In this document: one piece after another, positions 6,885-7,967 of the stretch | How the letters are laid out: each line of letters begins with the position of its first letter | Position numbering within the stretch: the first letter of the stretch is position 1 | Source: a virus | Lineage: Duplodnaviria > Heunggongvirae > Uroviricota > Caudoviricetes | Strand: one strand, 5' to 3' | IMG/VR virus record: IMGVR_UViG_2695420699_000019 | Length of the DNA: 7,967 bases | Made by a program: the position numbers and the translations under genes | Notes under the pieces: generated by a model | The model's input: the letters and a program-made list of their open reading frames with translations, nothing else | The model's database searches: none | What the model was told of the DNA's origin: nothing

Positions 6885-7458
6885 CATTCGGCGCGGTGCT
6901 GGTATCTGTTGCCGTCACCGCGTCAATGTAATCCAGCACAGCGTTAAGCTGGGTTGTTTCTGCCTGCGTCAGTTTCCGTCCGGCCTGTAATTTCAGCTGA
7001 ATCAGACTGATGGAAGCCATTGCAGCATCAATCAGTGACTGGCGCTGTGCTTCTGCCGCGTCTACTGCGGCGCTATGCTGTGCCTCAGTATCGGTTACCC
7101 ATTTCTCACCATCCCATTTATCGTATGGAGATAAAGGGGCGATAGTGGTTGTATTTTCAGGGTAATCACCCGGAGCTTTGATTTCTTTTGATTCTCCTGT
7201 TTCTGTGCTAAAGACGATTTCACCACGATGGTCTGGCACATATTCCCATGAGTTAAAATCTGCAGAACGGCAAATTGCATACCCAGTTTTGTATGAGCCA
7301 GGAGCATCTAAACAGGAACATGCCGGAATGCCGACACCCACAGCAAGATATTCAGTTGATGTGAAAATATATTCCCGTGTTTCACCATCATAGTTATAAA
7401 CCGTAATATTTCCTGCCTGGGTGGCGATAAATTCGTTATTTAATACAGCGTAATCCAT
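6856..7458 (-). CDS. Tail-fibre assembly protein (Tfa), cassette D partner, 200 aa, inverted orientation
   Basis: MDYAVLNNEFIATQAGNITVYNYDGETREYIF...WDGEKWVTDTEAQ...DTSTAPNVIWPELPEA, typical Tfa architecture. Its 3' end overlaps the 3' end of the convergent tfa at 6441-6884 by 29 bp. Same length as e14 TfaE as I recall. Confidence 0.8.
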   Translation of the reverse strand: MDYAVLNNEFIATQAGNITVYNYDGETREYIFTSTEYLAVGVGIPACSCLDAPGSYKTGYAICRSADFNSWEYVPDHRGEIVFSTETGESKEIKAPGDYPENTTTIAPLSPYDKWDGEKWVTDTEAQHSAAVDAAEAQRQSLIDAAMASISLIQLKLQAGRKLTQAETTQLNAVLDYIDAVTATDTSTAPNVIWPELPEA

Positions 7459-7967
7459 TATGCAGCCCTCACGATATACGCAAATGCCAGGTTCCGTGGT
7501 CTGGTTTCTTTAATTAAAGAGGAGGCATCAGGTGAACTCACTGATTCAGCACCATTTCTTCCACCAGTGGTATAAGTAAAAACTCTTTCACTGTTAGACC
7601 AGTAATCCACACCAACTGTTTTTGCTGATGAAAAAATGGTTTCATCAGATATAACCTGTTCTATTCCATACGGGATATTAGTAACTGACCCCACTTTTGT
7701 AGGTATTCCATGATTATGAGAAATTACTGCATGCTCTTGATTCGTTAATAAAGTACGACCGCTATCCACTCCACGCCCGTCATCCCAGCCACGAATAAAC
7801 TCACCACGTAAATCAGGCAATTTATTTGTCGGATAAGCCTTTGCCAGTTCCGGGTATTCTTCAGCAGAAAAAGCGGCACCGTTGCATTTCAGCCAGCCTG
7901 TTGGCGGAGTGGCGGAAGGCCACGGAACAGGCACGCCAACGGGTAATGCCGAACCTTCTCCCAAACC
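7458..7967 (-). CDS. Tail-fibre C-terminal variable cassette D (inverted, silent in this orientation); 5' end runs off the window
   Basis: Minus-strand translation (G)LGEGSALPVGVPVPWPSATPPTGWLKCNGAAFSAEEYPELAKAYPTNKLPDLRGEFIRGW...RPRNLAFAYIVRAA resembles the lambda Stf C-terminal region (from memory). Its stop overlaps the start of the downstream tfa (TAATG). It begins with the GLGE junction at the window edge; the M shown in the ORF track is a TTG Leu codon inside the junction. Confidence 0.8.
   Translation of the reverse strand, partial: GLGEGSALPVGVPVPWPSATPPTGWLKCNGAAFSAEEYPELAKAYPTNKLPDLRGEFIRGWDDGRGVDSGRTLLTNQEHAVISHNHGIPTKVGSVTNIPYGIEQVISDETIFSSAKTVGVDYWSNSERVFTYTTGGRNGAESVSSPDASSLIKETRPRNLAFAYIVRAA
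7956..7967 (-). other. Partial Din-type crossover site (site d, right half-site GGTTTGGGAGAA on the minus strand); the rest lies beyond the window
   Basis: Plus strand 7956-7967 is TTCTCCCAAACC, the reverse complement of the conserved half-site. It is inverted relative to sites a, b and c, so c and d form an inverted pair flanking about 2 kb (cassette C + tfa / tfa + cassette D). Confidence 0.5.

Overview
The window covers the E. coli-type smpB-ssrA locus (1-1060) followed by apparently horizontally acquired DNA. That DNA holds: (i) an AT-rich block of three genes of unknown function (1270-2994); (ii) a Gin/Pin/Hin-family serine DNA invertase (3193-3747, minus strand) next to a rearranged set of phage tail-fibre variable cassettes and tail-fibre-assembly (tfa) genes built around four 26-bp Din-type crossover sites (3802, 4422, 5972, and a partial one at the right edge); (iii) a truncated second copy of the invertase 5' half (4041-4367); and (iv) an IS3-family (IS911-like) remnant (about 5227-5571). 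From memory, the right-hand part resembles the stfP-tfaP-tfaE-stfE-pin end of prophage e14, with the unknown cargo sitting where e14 carries mcrA and Mu carries mom. No integrase, rRNA, free tRNA or CRISPR array is visible. The best candidate for something undescribed is the two-gene operon at 1270-2697 plus the small gene at 2782-2994, but I could not assign them a function; all homology statements here are from memory, not from a search.
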